The position numbers and the translations under genes are program-made. A DNA stretch of 64,000 bases from Amoebophrya sp. A120. Taxonomy: Eukaryota; Protista; Dinoflagellata. Positions 22,901 to 35,600 of this stretch are shown one piece after another. Each line of letters starts with the position of its first letter. Position 1 is the first letter of the stretch. The notes under the pieces were generated by a model. It was not told the DNA's origin. It saw nothing but the letters and a program-made list of their open reading frames with translations, and searched no databases. Where the stretch lies: the NCBI GenBank assembly GCA_905178155.1, contig CAJINV010000010.1:3492587-3556586 (forward strand), in the 5' to 3' direction.

Positions 22901-25723
22901 GCCGCAATGCCTTCCTGCAATACAAAGCTGATTTGCATACACAAATCCAGCATCAGAAATTCCGTTTCGATATGGGGAGGGGAGATTTTTCCTTTCGATA
23001 GTACAGCAGCACCCAGGAGAAGGAATTGAGCAGGCCGTGGAAGGCCGGCGTTTTGTCCGGGACAATGGACAACCGCTTCTTCACCCAGTGCTTAACCACA
23101 ATAAAGCCCCGCAACACCCAGTCCTTTTGTTTCAACAGGTCCACCATGCATTGCAAAAGATGCCGCACTCGTGCTAATTGCGTTTATGCATTGACAAATC
23201 TTTCTCTCAAGGCAAATCCGCATTACAAATTTAACTTGTAATGCTATAGTGAATTTGTAATGCAATTCATACTAGTACGAGACTTTCGCAATGCATATCC
23301 GCGATGCGGTAGTCCGCGGACCCGGACGAGCTCTTCCCGATCGAAATGTCCGCCTCGAGGTGCTCGTCAAACTCGATTTTCAACACCTATCCTGTGTAAA
23401 AACGTCCCCACCTCCCCAGAGTTGTCATGCAAATGCGCACTGACAGGAACATGTGTAACGCGCAGCTCCATGAGACGCATTTTCAGTCGTGGTGTTTTAC
23501 CATTTGAAATGCTGTAAACAGGATGAGAAAGTGGCTTTCTCATGCGACTCCCCTTGCTAACCACCACTACACTGCAGATGGAAACTTGTCATGCACAACT
23601 CCCAAAACTTGGGGATTTGTGTTGCAGGGTGGGGGCGTTTTTACTTTGGATAACAACGGGATTTTCGCAAACCACACCTGGTCCACGATTCTGCACGACC
23701 CGCTGTATTTCCGAATGTCCTTCGCCAGGCGTTTCAGCAGCGTCACTTTCTCCTGTTTCACCTGCCGGTCCTTGTCGTGGATGTTATGGGGGTGTCAGGA
23801 TCGAAATCGTGAAAGTTGAAATTAATAGTTTGTCATGCATAAAATGCAACGCAGAAATTGTCTCTATTGCACAGGACGCAAGAGAGGCAGACTGTAAGCC
23901 TGTTGAGGGGTAGAAACTGAGCTGCTCACGTAGCATGACAAAAGGCGTCCTCCTTAACCAAACAGCATGACAAACTGGATTTAGATTCTACCCAAATCTG
24001 TCATGCGCCACTTGGAAACTGGGCTTCGACTGGCCTCCATTTTATGCATGGCAAATTATTTCAACTTTGCCGATTTCAATCCTGACAGTTCCATAGATGT
24101 CGCTGTCAAAGTACTTCTGGTAGCAGTCCGCCGGACCCTTCGTGTCGATATGCAATACAAATTTCCCGTATATCTCATGTACAAGATGCATCACAAATTT
24201 CCCCGATTTGGAATGTTGTAAAACTTGTCATGCTATTAAACTAGGATGGAAGCCAAGTTTTGCCATGCAGAGACCGCATTTGTACTTACGTCGTGTACGG
24301 GAAATTTCCTGTGGATAGTCCAAATCGTTCCAGACCAAGGCCAAATCCACATCCGAACCAACCAGCGCCGTCTTCTGGGCGTAGGAGCCAAAGGGCCGGC
24401 ACTCCACGTGGCTGTCCGGAAAAATCCGGTTGTATCCAGTGCACAAGTACTATCGCACTCGTAGTAATATTGCAGGCATGCATCACAAATCTGAAATCTC
24501 GCTCTTAACCTTAAGCAGGTAAAAAACTCCGCATTACAAAAAATTTCATCTGTATATGCTGAGCCAATTTGTCATGCCACTTTGTAAAATGAAATTATCT
24601 ACCTAGTACGGTTCTTTTGCTCTGCATAGGTTGCAGTAGTCTTCGATTCGCTTGATCACGTTGTACGACGCGGTCCAGTAGTCCTCCGTTGGCTTGATTT
24701 GCTTCACGATCTGCTGCATGAACTGCAAAAGTATCGTACTAGTAGTAATTGCAATACAAACTAGCTCAGCATGACCAATGGAATTTCTCATGCTGTTTGA
24801 CCTTGGGATGGAGGTTTGTAATGCATGACTGCGATTACTACGAGTACGATACTTTTGCAGTGCATATGCTGGATCTTGAGCGCGAACTTCTCCCGCAGCT
24901 TCTGCCGGTCGTTCGTTTGGAGATGGCGATCTTTATTTCCAGGACGACCGCCCCGGCCGGAGGGAATTCTGTCGTGCTGAAAGTCGCCTGTTCTATCGTC
25001 GTCATTTTGGTCGCGAGGTTGAAGACCATCTCGATCCTCCCCACCCGAGGACTGCTCGGTGTCGTCCCGTAAAAATGATCTTGCCTCGTCTATCAAAAGG
25101 AAAAATCCCTCCTCCCAACATCAAAACGGAAATCTGTAATGCGGCATTTGCCTACACAGATCACGTCTTTCATGCAGTGCGGCACTGCAGGCAAAGCCTA
25201 AGCCTTTGCGGGGGTGTTTTGGCGTAGGTGCTTAGCATGGCAGAGGCCTGCCATGTAGCCGTAACAGCATTATAAAGCGCCTCTAGAAGTCGGCGGATTC
25301 TTTTGATTTGCTCCCTTGCAAGAGAGACAGGATTTGTGGCCACAAATCAGCATCACAAATTTTTAGGATCATACCTTTTCAGTATGGAGAGGGGGGATTT
25401 TTCCTCACAATATCGTCGTCGTGCTCCTGCTCTTCATCTTCATCTCCGCCGTCTCCGTCTCCCACGTCCACCCCACCGCCGGTGCTGTTGTTGCTTTCAT
25501 CTCGCATCAACAGCATTCCTGCTGTCCGTTTCAAAATTGGCGCGGGCGCCTTGCTGGCGGTTGTAGCAGTCCTCGCAAAAGGGTTTGGGTTTGGCTCGAA
25601 CCTCCTACTCTTGCTCTTCGAAGTCGAAGTATGATTATTTATTGTGGACGCCATATTAGTAGTTTTCTTGCCAGACGAGGAGGAGGCGGGCTGTAAAACC
25701 GGGCTTGGTGAAGGCGGGCTCAT
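19953..25723 (-). CDS. Cid1/TUTase/Trf4-type non-canonical poly(A)/(U) polymerase; 13 introners
   Basis: After splicing: PFGSY..GSDVDL catalytic motif, KIP.LKIEFDEHLEADISI third Asp, VVVKHWVKKR, GLLNSFSWVLL, and LWIEDPFE|NTNNAARSV PAP-associated motif. Confidence 0.9.
20335..20594. mobile_element. Introner family A
   Basis: TIR; TSD aactg. Confidence 0.9.
20845..21132. mobile_element. Introner family C
   Basis: TIR; TSD ttctc. Confidence 0.9.
21220..21482. mobile_element. Introner family A
   Basis: TIR; TSD cggag. Confidence 0.9.
21747..22025. mobile_element. Introner family C
   Basis: TIR; TSD aggtt. Confidence 0.9.
22342..22612. mobile_element. Introner family A
   Basis: TIR (left end AAT); TSD tgatg/tgttg. 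Confidence 0.85.
22679..23000. mobile_element. Introner family B
   Basis: TIR; TSD gtaca. Confidence 0.9.
23145..23297. mobile_element. Introner family F
   Basis: TIR (left end CAT); TSD tccac/tccgc. Confidence 0.8.
23388..23652. mobile_element. Introner family C
   Basis: TIR; TSD acacc/acaac. Confidence 0.85.
23785..24095. mobile_element. Introner family G (long TIR, core GTCAGGWTYGAAATCG..AAAGTTGAAAT)
   Basis: About 60-bp TIR; TSD gatgt. Confidence 0.9.
24149..24317. mobile_element. Introner family I (TIR core AAATTTCCCGTA)
   Basis: TIR; TSD gtcga/gtcca; frame restored on removal. Confidence 0.8.
24433..24628. mobile_element. Introner family F (degenerate)
   Basis: TSD ggttg; join EDYCN|RIFPDSH. 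Confidence 0.8.
24717..24866. mobile_element. Introner family F
   Basis: TIR (left end CAT); TSD tgctg. Confidence 0.9.
25091..25412. mobile_element. Introner family B
   Basis: TIR; TSD tcgtc. Confidence 0.9.
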
Positions 25724-26551
25724 CGATGAAATACTACAAGAACTTCTGATGCGTTTTCTGTACTACTTCTAGAAGTGGCACTATTCTTCGTGACACTGAG
25801 CGGGCGGCTGCATTGTGGAAAACTATTAATACACATCGTGCTGCGTTCATCCCCGCTATAACACGCTAGCTATCACTATCAGTAGTTTGTCTAGCAAAAG
25901 ACAACGCGGTGGTCTAGTGTCTACTATGTATGTCCTGAAATAAAACAACAAAATCAGATGGCAAAGAGCAGGTCAAAGAAGTCAGGATCCGAGCCGGAGT
26001 TGGTGCAGCTACAAGAAGATAGAACTCAAGTTGTAGTCCTCCGGGTGGATTGCAATCTTCACGAAATAAAGGATCTATCTTCCGATTTCAGTTCTTGTGG
26101 TAGTCTGCCTAGATCTTGGTCGCCGTGTCACTTGTCATTCTACGTATAGTAATCTGTGATCATCATGTCGTGAACATGGAGTGTGCGAGCAACTGCTTGG
26201 TTGGTGAGTCATCTACTTCTCGGCGACTACTGTGAGCACCATAGATGAAAGTGAAACACCGCGTCACAAAGGATATAAAGGATGCCGATCCCCCAGGCCT
26301 CGCAACAGATTTTTCATCAATTTTGGTTCTTCCTCTTTTGCGAGTAGTTTCAGAAGTTCCAATCCCACGCCTGGTTTGTTTTCTTGTCCACCTACGTACG
26401 TGCGCTGTAAAAATCACCACTAAGTTCTGGTACGCGCACGATCGATAGATAATTTTTACAAGCATCACAACCTCCTCCTTCCGGCATAACTGCTCACCCG
26501 CACCACGGTTTAGGAAAACAGCGACCAGTACAAGAACTTCTCCGCGGCTTT

Positions 26552-28624
26552 CTATGGGTGCCAGAACCAAGCTATCAAAAGGAAAAACCCCCCCTCCCCA
26601 TGTCGAAAACGAATTTTGTCTTGCTGTATATGAGTACACAAATCACACTTGTCTTGCAGTAGAGGACTGCACGCAGATCGTAAGCCTTGGTGTAGGGGCC
26701 TAGCATGGCAGGCGTCTGCCCTATAGGCCTTGCAGCATTACAAAGCGCCTGCATACCCTGGCGGAGTCTCTGAGTTTGCCCTCTTGCAAGAGGGACAGGA
26801 TTTGTGGTCACAAATCAGCATCACAAATTTTTAGATACATACCTCTTCAGTATGGGGAGGGGAAATTTTTCCTTTTGATACAAGCTACTGCAGTCCCTAA
26901 CGCGAACCCGACTGGCGTCATGCGCAGAAAGTGAAAAGTATCCAACAGGAAAAACCAGGCAGGTCTTCAGATTTGTTGTAATGCAAAAGTCCTCTATAAT
27001 TTTTGCATTGCAAATATGCCTTGCCTGTTTTTCTCTGTGGGATAAAAAGCCGGAAACCGGTGCGCGATCACGTGGTAGTGGTTCTTGTTACCTGACAAGT
27101 GATGATGTGTTGGTTATGCAATACAGATTCTGTAGGTAAAAATATGGAACGCTAGCATTACAAGCTTCAACTTTCGAGAACCAGACAGTATATTTGCAGT
27201 GGATAAGTCTGGGAGCAGTGTGGGTTTCAACAATTCATCAGAATGCAGTTCTTCCACCGCGACGAATCCTCACAGGTGATTTTATGCATTTCATCTTCAT
27301 CTGTAGTCCAGCATCGGAGATCAAACCTACCATGGAGCATGTAATTGGTTATTATCATGAAGACAATGAAAAACTTTATCAATACAGAATGGTGCGTAGG
27401 AGGTCATCTTGCACCCGCAAAGCTGCTTCACCATGTTGCCGTCCTCTGTTTCATGTTTTCAGGTTTGTGGTTTTGCTTTTGGTTCAGTTTCATTTTGAGT
27501 CTTGCAACATGATATTAAGAAAGAACAACGTTCGACGTCATGCGAGCTCGTCGAGATATGCTTATGAAATGAAAGTGCATTTCTATACCTCTCATCGTAA
27601 ATCGCACTGGCTCGAAACCTATGCATTGCAAAAGTATCGTACTCGTATAAATGCATTACCTCAGCATTAGAAATAAAATTTGTAATGCGGATTTGACTTA
27701 ACAAAAAGATTTGTAATGCATGATTGCAATACGAGTACGATACTTTTGCACAGCATAAAACCTGTGCCTTTATGTGACCCGTTGCACCACGGCTGCGTGT
27801 CCGATCTCCCACATGAGCACCAGTGGTAGTAGGTCTGTAAAATTATTATTGTTCACCACCAATGGTAGAAGTGGATCTGTGATCTGTCGCACAGCTGCAC
27901 ACCCTCCGCATCCACGTAATTTATTTATTGTGATGCAAAAAATATAACTTCTTCCTCTATCTAAAAAAAAAAAAAGCAGTACGTGTGTCCTCAAGATGGG
28001 GATCCGGTACGGGTTATCCTGAGGAAAAACGTACCCACACCAGAGTCAGGATGGGGATTTTGCAACACAAACCTAGGAGCTTTGTGAGTCACGCATGACA
28101 AGCTGTACTCTGCAGCGTAGTGCAGGTTAGCAAGTGCAGCCGCATCACAGACTCATCTGCTCATCCTGTTCACAGCATCACAGATTCCAAAACACGATTG
28201 GAAATGGCTCTCATGGGGATGCGCATCACAAGTCTTCCTGTCTTTGCAAATCTGCATTACAACTCTGGTGTGGGGACGTTTTTACACAGGATACGGGTAG
28301 AGCTGCGGGCTTTTAGGTCGGTTTACCTCGTTCTATGCATTGCAAATGTGTCTGGAGGTTTGGAAGAGTGTAAACTTGTCATGCAGGTTTTCCATGACCC
28401 ATGAGGTCTGGAATGCGGAACCTAGCATGACAGACTCTGTGAGGTCTCTATCATGCCTATCCTGCGTGAGAAACTCTCTCCCAACTTGGTCGAAAGTGGA
28501 CAGCTTTTGGCACTCGTGCAACACAGATTTTTGCATGATTCGGATCTAGCATGACAAGTTGCATCCATCCAGACCCAGACATATTTGCATTTCATACGTA
28601 CGGCCAAAAATCAAACCACGGCAT
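26552..28624 (-). CDS. ApiCox13: CDGSH Fe-S protein, ApiCox13-like (myzozoan cytochrome c oxidase subunit)
   Basis: Spliced: MPWFDFWPYEVNRPK..YHWCSCGRSDTQPWCNGSHKGTGFEPVRF..LCGCKMTSYAPFC..GFALGTAVAWFWHP*. Two CDGSH-type motifs and C-terminal TM ending HP, as I recall for apicomplexan ApiCox13. One intron near 27275-27385 is uncertain. Confidence 0.75.
26573..26880. mobile_element. Introner family B
   Basis: TIR; TSD caagc. Confidence 0.9.
26939..27044. mobile_element. Introner family J (106 bp, smallest)
   Basis: TIR TATCC.ACAG..AAAA..CAGGCA; TSD aaaag. Confidence 0.85.
27094..27205. mobile_element. Right half of a family A element inside a probable GT-AG intron
   Basis: A-type right end (..ccagacagtatatttgcagtggata); left TIR missing. 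Confidence 0.55.
27620..27757. mobile_element. Introner family F
   Basis: TIR; TSD aaacc. Confidence 0.9.
28015..28293. mobile_element. Introner family C (near-identical reverse copy of 21747-22025)
   Basis: TIR; TSD cgggt. Confidence 0.95.
28334..28596. mobile_element. Introner family A
   Basis: TIR; TSD cgttc/cgtac. Confidence 0.9.
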
Positions 28625-29409
28625 CTTCTTGGAGGCAGCTGCTCTGGAACAAAACCAGAAAGGCTATACGCTATACTGCACCACGACCACAAGGGATGAA
28701 GCTGCAGCTCCTGCTCCTCCTCTTTCTGGCCAGTCTGTAGCTGCTGGCTACCAGCCTGCGGCGTGCATCGAAGGACCGACACGCTTCTCCTCGCCCACAC
28801 TGCGTGTCAAACAACTTGTATTTTCAGATTATTCAGGAAATCAAATTTTAATTGTGAACCGACGGTGAAAGACACGGAAACCATGAAGAGAAAAACCACA
28901 GAAAATCCCTCTTCTCGCTCTGGCACTGGTTTTGATGAACATCAAGGACTCTTCAGACTCGCTGCTCAGAAGATCTACTCAGACCCTCGGTTCTCAGACT
29001 CGCTCCTGCAAAAGAAGATGTGGCAAAACTACCACGCGTGTCAGACCACTGCTCTCGTCAACTTCTAAAAGAGGAAGTCAATAAGAATAAAACGAACTTA
29101 ATACTATGGCAGTCACGGTCGCTGTAGCGGCATTGTGCACCCCTACGACTTGTGGCGGTTCTTGCCACGGCGCGGTAGAACTATTTCGGAGTTTGATTCC
29201 CATACTTCGAGAATTACTTCTGCCAGGGAAATGAAACAAATCCATGTAGTCGTGCGGTTGAAGTAGATGGCGCAGCTGCTAAAAGAAGCACTGCAAAAAA
29301 ACTCGTGGTTTTAGTGTCGTGGTTTTATTGGTAGAGGCCGTGATAAAAAATATTAGCCCAAATTGGTGTACAAAAACAGCGAGAATCCAAACCAAAAAAC
29401 AGACTCACA

Positions 29410-31278
29410 TCAGTCGGAATCGTCCCACCGCGAAGCCTTCTTTTCCTTTATCCTATGTAAAAACGTCCCCACACCCATAGTCAAGATGGGGAATCGGCTA
29501 GACAAATCCACAAGCTCTGGCTGTTTTGCATGACAAATTTGGACTCGTAGTGTAGTGCTGTTTAAGGTAGTTCAGTTGTAGCATCACAGATCTAGTATGT
29601 CATGCTGCTTGGAGAATGACAAATTCCACAACACGACTAGAAAACGCTTCTCATGGGGCTCCGCATGAGAAACATTTTCAGCATGCAGATTTGCATTACA
29701 ACTATGGTGTGGGCACATTTTTAACTACGATATCCTTCTTTCTCTCCCTGTCTCGGTTTTTCGCCCGCTCCGATCGTGGCTGTGGTTGTTCCGCTTCTCC
29801 CTCCTGTTCGTCATGGTTTATTTCTGCTCCCCTCCGGCTTTTCTTGTCCTGCTCTGTGGAGCCGCCTCGCCTTCTAGACCTGTCCCTTCTCTGGTCGGCT
29901 CCATGATCTTCTCTGCCACCATGGTCGTCACTCCCTCTCCGGCGTTGCCGGTCGCGGTTCCGGTGGTCACGCCTTTCGACGTCGTCGCCGCCTCGCTGGT
30001 GTTCGTCTTCCCCACGACCGGGGGTAGTGGATTTTCGCATGTAGTCCCGATCCTCCCGTCTGTGTTGTCCTCTCGGAGATGTAGTTGACCCCTGCTGTTG
30101 TACTACTATCCCCTGCGCCTGATGAAGATCAGCACCGTGCTGTTGATGATGCTGCTGCCCACCGGCGCCCACAGCAGGTGGTTGCACCGCTGCAACCGCG
30201 CCCATCATCTGCTGCTGCTGCTGCCATTCCATGGGGACAATGCCACCCATCTTTCCCTGCGGCGGCACCATGCCGCCACCGTAAAACTGCTGAAACGGCT
30301 GCGGCGGCGCGGCGCCGAGCAACGGCCCCACGCCGGGAATGTGGTGCGACTGCGCTTCGGGATTCGCGGTCGGCTGGGAAAAGTGCGGCTGCGGGGGCAT
30401 GGGGTTGTAGCGGTAGCCGCCTCCTTTTTGTGCAGGTGCTGGTCCACCTCCACCTCCTTTGTTCATGTACGGTTGCTGTTGTTGGTACGGAAACCCGCCC
30501 GGGCCACCCATCGGCATCCCCATCGGCCCCACATTGGGTTGGTTCTGCAGCTGCAGCCCGATTTGCTCGGCCTTCAACCGTTTCGCGTCCATTTCCATCT
30601 TTTTCTCTTCCACGAACCGCTTCGGAATGCCGGAGGGTTCGCTCATGGCAGAGATGAGCAGCTCCCACAGTTCCTGGCAAAATTCCGGGGTCTGCTTGCC
30701 GAGAAAGGGGGTCAAGTTCATTTGGAACTTTTTCGGCTCAATTTTTTCGTCCGCGGTCTGCTTTTCGAAAGTTAGTTGGGAGTTCACATACCTGGGATTT
30801 TGAAAATTTCTCATGCTTGATAGATAATATATTCATTTGTCATGCATACCCGACTGCGCCACATCAAAAACCTTTGCACCGTCGCCGCAAGCAGCTTCGG
30901 ATGCAGGAAATCTAGGGATAGACACATCATTTGTCATGCTTCGCAAACGCAATAGTACTACAGAGTGAAAAAATAAAGAAATGCCAATTTGCCATGCGCA
31001 AAAAAAAAAAAACCTACGAAAAAATTCGCATTGAAATGTAGTAGTAAGTACTCGATAACAATGTCGTCTTCGAATCCCATTATCTCGATGACTTTCGTCT
31101 TAATCCAGGGCTTTATGCTGTCGAAGGTAATTTTGCTCATGTCAATCTCCTTTTTATACAACTCTTCGTTGAACATGCCCTGCTTGGCCATCTGGTTCAT
31201 CACCCGTTTTGTCCCGTCCGCGATGTTCATGCGCTGCGACCCGGCCCCGCGGCCGTGGAAACCGCCAGAACCCTGCAT
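29410..31278 (-). CDS. PWI-domain splicing factor (SRm160/SRRM1-like)
   Basis: IKPWIKTKVIEIMGFEDDIVIE|YVNSQL..FQMNLTPFLGK..FCQELWELLISA; Q/P-rich and R/D-rich tail; GT-AG intron 30792-31051 and one introner; ends KASRWDDSD*. Confidence 0.9.
29449..29732. mobile_element. Introner family C
   Basis: TIR; TSD tcctt. Confidence 0.9.
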
Positions 31279-32142
31279 TTTGGTTCCTTTGTAGTTTGAT
31301 GCTGGTGATAATTATTTTGGTACGTAACCACTTCTACTTCACTATCACTATACTGACCGCATCGAAAGATGAAGAACGGTCTTAGCTCCTCCTGCGCACA
31401 CAGTACTGCTATCTAGTCAAATCCCGGCTCAACATCGGGAAGATGAAGATACTTAACTACAACGGTATGAGCTTATACAGGAAGCCTGATCATTACAAAG
31501 AGATCTTCTTCTTCTTCCCGCGTCCCGTCGCGTTCTTCGCTGTGAAAGGACAATAATTTTTAGTACGATTATATTATTTTCCCAAAGTTTCTTGAAATGA
31601 AAAAGTACAGTACTGACCTCTTCTTAATTCGCAGCGAGATAGAAAGACCACAGAGATGAAATAATTTTCGATTTATTGAAAACAAGGAAGCTATGGGAGG
31701 ATCCAATCATGTGGCAGTTTTTTTTCGTTCTTCTAGCATGGTGTTTTATTCATTGTTTCTACTGTATTCTGATCTTGCGCTGCACTTGTTTCCGGCCCTG
31801 AAAAAGTGGAAACTGGTGAAAAAATTTGGTACTATTCATTGGACCACTAGCACTACAACTTGGCAGGAAAAATTCATAAAGGTAAGTCTTTCCGCGATAT
31901 TAATTACCGTGAACAATGTCGCGCTCATTTTCGATTTGACCTGGAGGACCCTTGCTTTCGGGACGTCTTGTGCAGCCTACGAAGCACTACAGAATTCCAT
32001 TACATTCCTTCATGGTTCGGAAAAAAAAATTCATCTTTTCTACTATCGAAAAACCCACCAGTTATGTACTTCTAGCTGGGACAGGGTTCTTGTGTCCTTA
32101 TAATATTCATGCTGGAAAAAATGTACTTGCTTCAAAACCAGC

Positions 32143-32582
32143 TCAGTTCCCCACGTCCGCGCAACTGCCCAGGCACTGTACGTAGCTGTGGCCGTTGTTG
32201 TATGAACTCCAAAAGTTGTATCGTACTCGTATAAATGCATTACAAATTTCCTCAGCATGAGTAGACAGGAAATTTGTGATGCAGATTCACCTTAAGAAAA
32301 AGATTTGTAATGCATGATTGCAACACAAGTACGATACTGTTGCACAGGATATGTTGTGGCACTTCTCGAAGCACTCCGCCTTGCAGTAGGGACAGTCTTT
32401 GGAGGATGTCTCTTCTTGCAGGAGGGACAACAGCATGAGGGGACTTGTAGTTTCTGTCGTCTGTTTTTTGTCCTGCGGAATTATGTCCAGGAAATCCGCA
32501 ACGTCGCTGTCCTCCAGGTCTGCCACGGCGTCTGCCAGTTCGGAGTCTTCTTGTTGCTCCACCTCCGCTGATGTACTAGCAG

Positions 32583-32626
<44 letters not shown>

Positions 32627-35600
32627 TTCGCGGCTCCAGCTCCCGATGCCAACGTGTTTCTTGTCGTTGTGGTGTCCAAAAACAGCACGTCCATTTCATT
32701 CGCAGCGTCGCTTTCCGCGGTGTCATTCGACATTTCGTCGTCGTTTTGCTCCTTTTCATTCACTATGCATTGCAAACACCGATCTGGGTCAAGATCTGGA
32801 GATTTGTGTTGCTGATACTCGACGCATCTTCTTCGTAGAGTACCAGCTCTGCGGCATACCAGCATGAGAAGTCTGCTAGTTTGCGAGGCTTGTTGCCGAT
32901 TCATTCGTATAAGTACTTACATCGCATGACAAACTAAGCTATTCTCAGCATGACAAAAAAACTGGCTATAGTTGCATTTTAATGATGCATCACAAATACA
33001 AATCCTTGCTGTCCACCTTCTCCTTCAAATCTATGCATTACAAATCCAGACCTCCCAGGGTCAGTATTTTATGCAATTCATACTCACTGGTGACTCCGTT
33101 TCCAAATCCTTCTCGGCTTCCTCCTCGGTCACCGTTTCGGGCACGGGCTCCCCCGCCTCCGCCGTCGGCGCATCGTCGTTTGCAGGGTGTTGCTGCTCCT
33201 CCGCGGGAGCCGGGACTGCCGTAGCTTCGGACCCCGTGCTATCGTATTTAAAAACGTCCCCACCCCAGAGCAGTAGTGCAAATCTGCATGCTAAAAATGT
33301 TTCTCATGCGAAGCCCCATGAGAAGCATTACGTAGTCGCGTTTTGGGATTTTTCATGCTCCAATCAGCATGATATACCAGATCTGTGATGCTGCTTAACT
33401 ACCTCAAACAGCACTACACGACGAGTCCAAATTTGTCATGCAAAACAGCCAAAATCTGTGGATTTGTCTAGCCAATTCTCCATCTTCACTATGGGGTGGG
33501 GACGTTTTTACATAGGATACGTGCCGTCGTGGGCGTTTTCCAACCGTTCCAAATCGCCGACGGACTTCATCAGCTCCTCCTGGGCTTTATCAACTGCAAA
33601 TATGTCTGGGTCTGGAACAAACTTGTGATGCAAGTCAGGGAACAATACGCGCACTGTAAAGCGCTGCCCAGCATGACAAGCTTTTCCGTGGTTCTGAGTT
33701 GCGTAATCCGCATGACAAGCCACGTTTCTGCATGAAAAGCAGGAGCAGCGCTTTGCGGCCACGCAATACAGAACTCAGAGTCATGTCGAACTGGCATGAC
33801 AAATCTCGCAATCTTCCAGACCCAGACATAGTTGCCTTTGATACGCTTCTTGCAGCTTCTGCGCATTCCCCTCTTTCACGGCCTTCAACGCTTTTTGCAT
33901 GGTTTTGATGTTCGACGCCAGTCGGGCGATCTCGACGTGGGTCATTTCCCCCGACTGCCGGCCCTCTTCGAACTTTTTCGCCATGTCTAGGATTTTCTGC
34001 TCCAGCATCCTAGTCACCAACTCCTTTTCCGTCATCTGCTTCCCGTTCGGGTTCTGCTCCTCTGCAGTTTTCAGCCGGCGGACCACTATTCTGTGTAAAA
34101 ACGTCCCCACCCCAGAGTCAAGATGGAGATCTCGCAACGCAAATCCAGAACCTTTGGGAGTCGCGCATGACAAGTTCCTCTCTGTCTTGTAGTGCAGTCT
34201 AGCAAGTGCAGCCGTGGATCACGAAGCCGTCTACTTCTCCTGTTTACAGCATCAGAAAATCCAAAACACTACTGGAAATTAATGCCTCCCTCGCATGGGG
34301 ATGCGCATTACAAATCTTGCTACAATTGCAAATCTGCATGACAACTCTGGGGTGGGGATGTTTTTGCAGAGGATAATCACGAGCGGGGGCTTGGGGTGCT
34401 TTTTCTTCACGACAAAGGGTTTCTTCAGTGGCTTAGCCTCCCCTTTGTCCTCGCCAGCCGCGGCTTTGTCTCCGGGTGCAGCTTCGGTTTTGTCCTTCGG
34501 TGACGTCCTCGCGGCTTCTTCCTTCGACGAAGAAGAAGATGTCGTGGCGGTACCAGCACCGGTAGAAGTTGTACTACCTCCACTATGAAATGCAAAAGTA
34601 TCGGTCTCGTAGAAATCGCATCACAAATTTGCTCAGCATTAGAAATGGAATTTGTAATGCGGCTCTACCTTATTAACAAGATTTGTAATGCAGAAATATA
34701 TTTGCGATTAATACGAGTACGATACTTTTGCAATGCATATCCACTGTGCTCATCCAACCACTCGCCACACAGCTCGACGAGTGGTTTTATCAAGAAGAAA
34801 AATCCCCCCTCCCCATATCAAAGCGGAAATCTGTGATGCAGATTTATGGCCACAAATCAGCTTGGTCATGCTAGAAGGGAAAAGATGCGGACTGTGGTGC
34901 TGGTTGGCGTGGGACCACAGTCTTGCATCTTCAGCATGACAGGAGGCAGCTGCAAGTGGGAAACAGCATGACAAATTTCCTGCAAACGACGCAAGAACTG
35001 CGCCGCTTGGCCTTCTAGCATTACAAGTCGATTTGTGTACTCAAATACAGCATCACAAATTTCGTTTTCGATATGGGGAGGGGGGATTTTTCTTTTTGAT
35101 AGGTTTTTCTTGTTTTTCATTTCCACGCTTCAACAACATCTTCACGAACTTCACCACCTCTAAGGTCGAGAACTCCTTGTCATTCAGAATTTTCCACTGC
35201 TCGTCAAAACTCGCTTTCCGCCGGCTCAACAGCAGTCCCATCAGCAAATTCGTCTTCTGCTCCCGCTTATGCAGTGCAAAAGTATCGTAATCGTACTCGT
35301 ATAAATGCATTACAAATCTCCTCAGCGCGAGAAATGAAATTTGTAATGCGGATTGACCTCAAGTAATGCATGATTGCAATACGAGTATCAGATACTTTTG
35401 CACAGGATACCGCTCCTGGTTCAGAAGGCTGTTCCCGCGAAGTTCCATCTGTTGCGCAACCTCGCTGATCGCTGCGTCCGTCTGTTTTTTCAAAAACGCC
35501 GCATCGAGTTGACCAGAAGTTGAAGTTGCAACACCTCCGCTGCTTTGCTTTTTGCTCTTCACCAACAGGTTCTCCATCTTTTTCACGAAGGGAGACAACA

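Noticed and set aside
24451-24604. Shorter intron bounded by an agtac repeat
   Set aside because: The TIR and a perfect ggttg TSD define 24433-24628 instead.
25958-28868. Plus-strand gene from ORFs 25958-26149 and 28551-28868
   Set aside because: Minus-strand splicing yields a coherent CDGSH protein; plus-strand joins hit stops.
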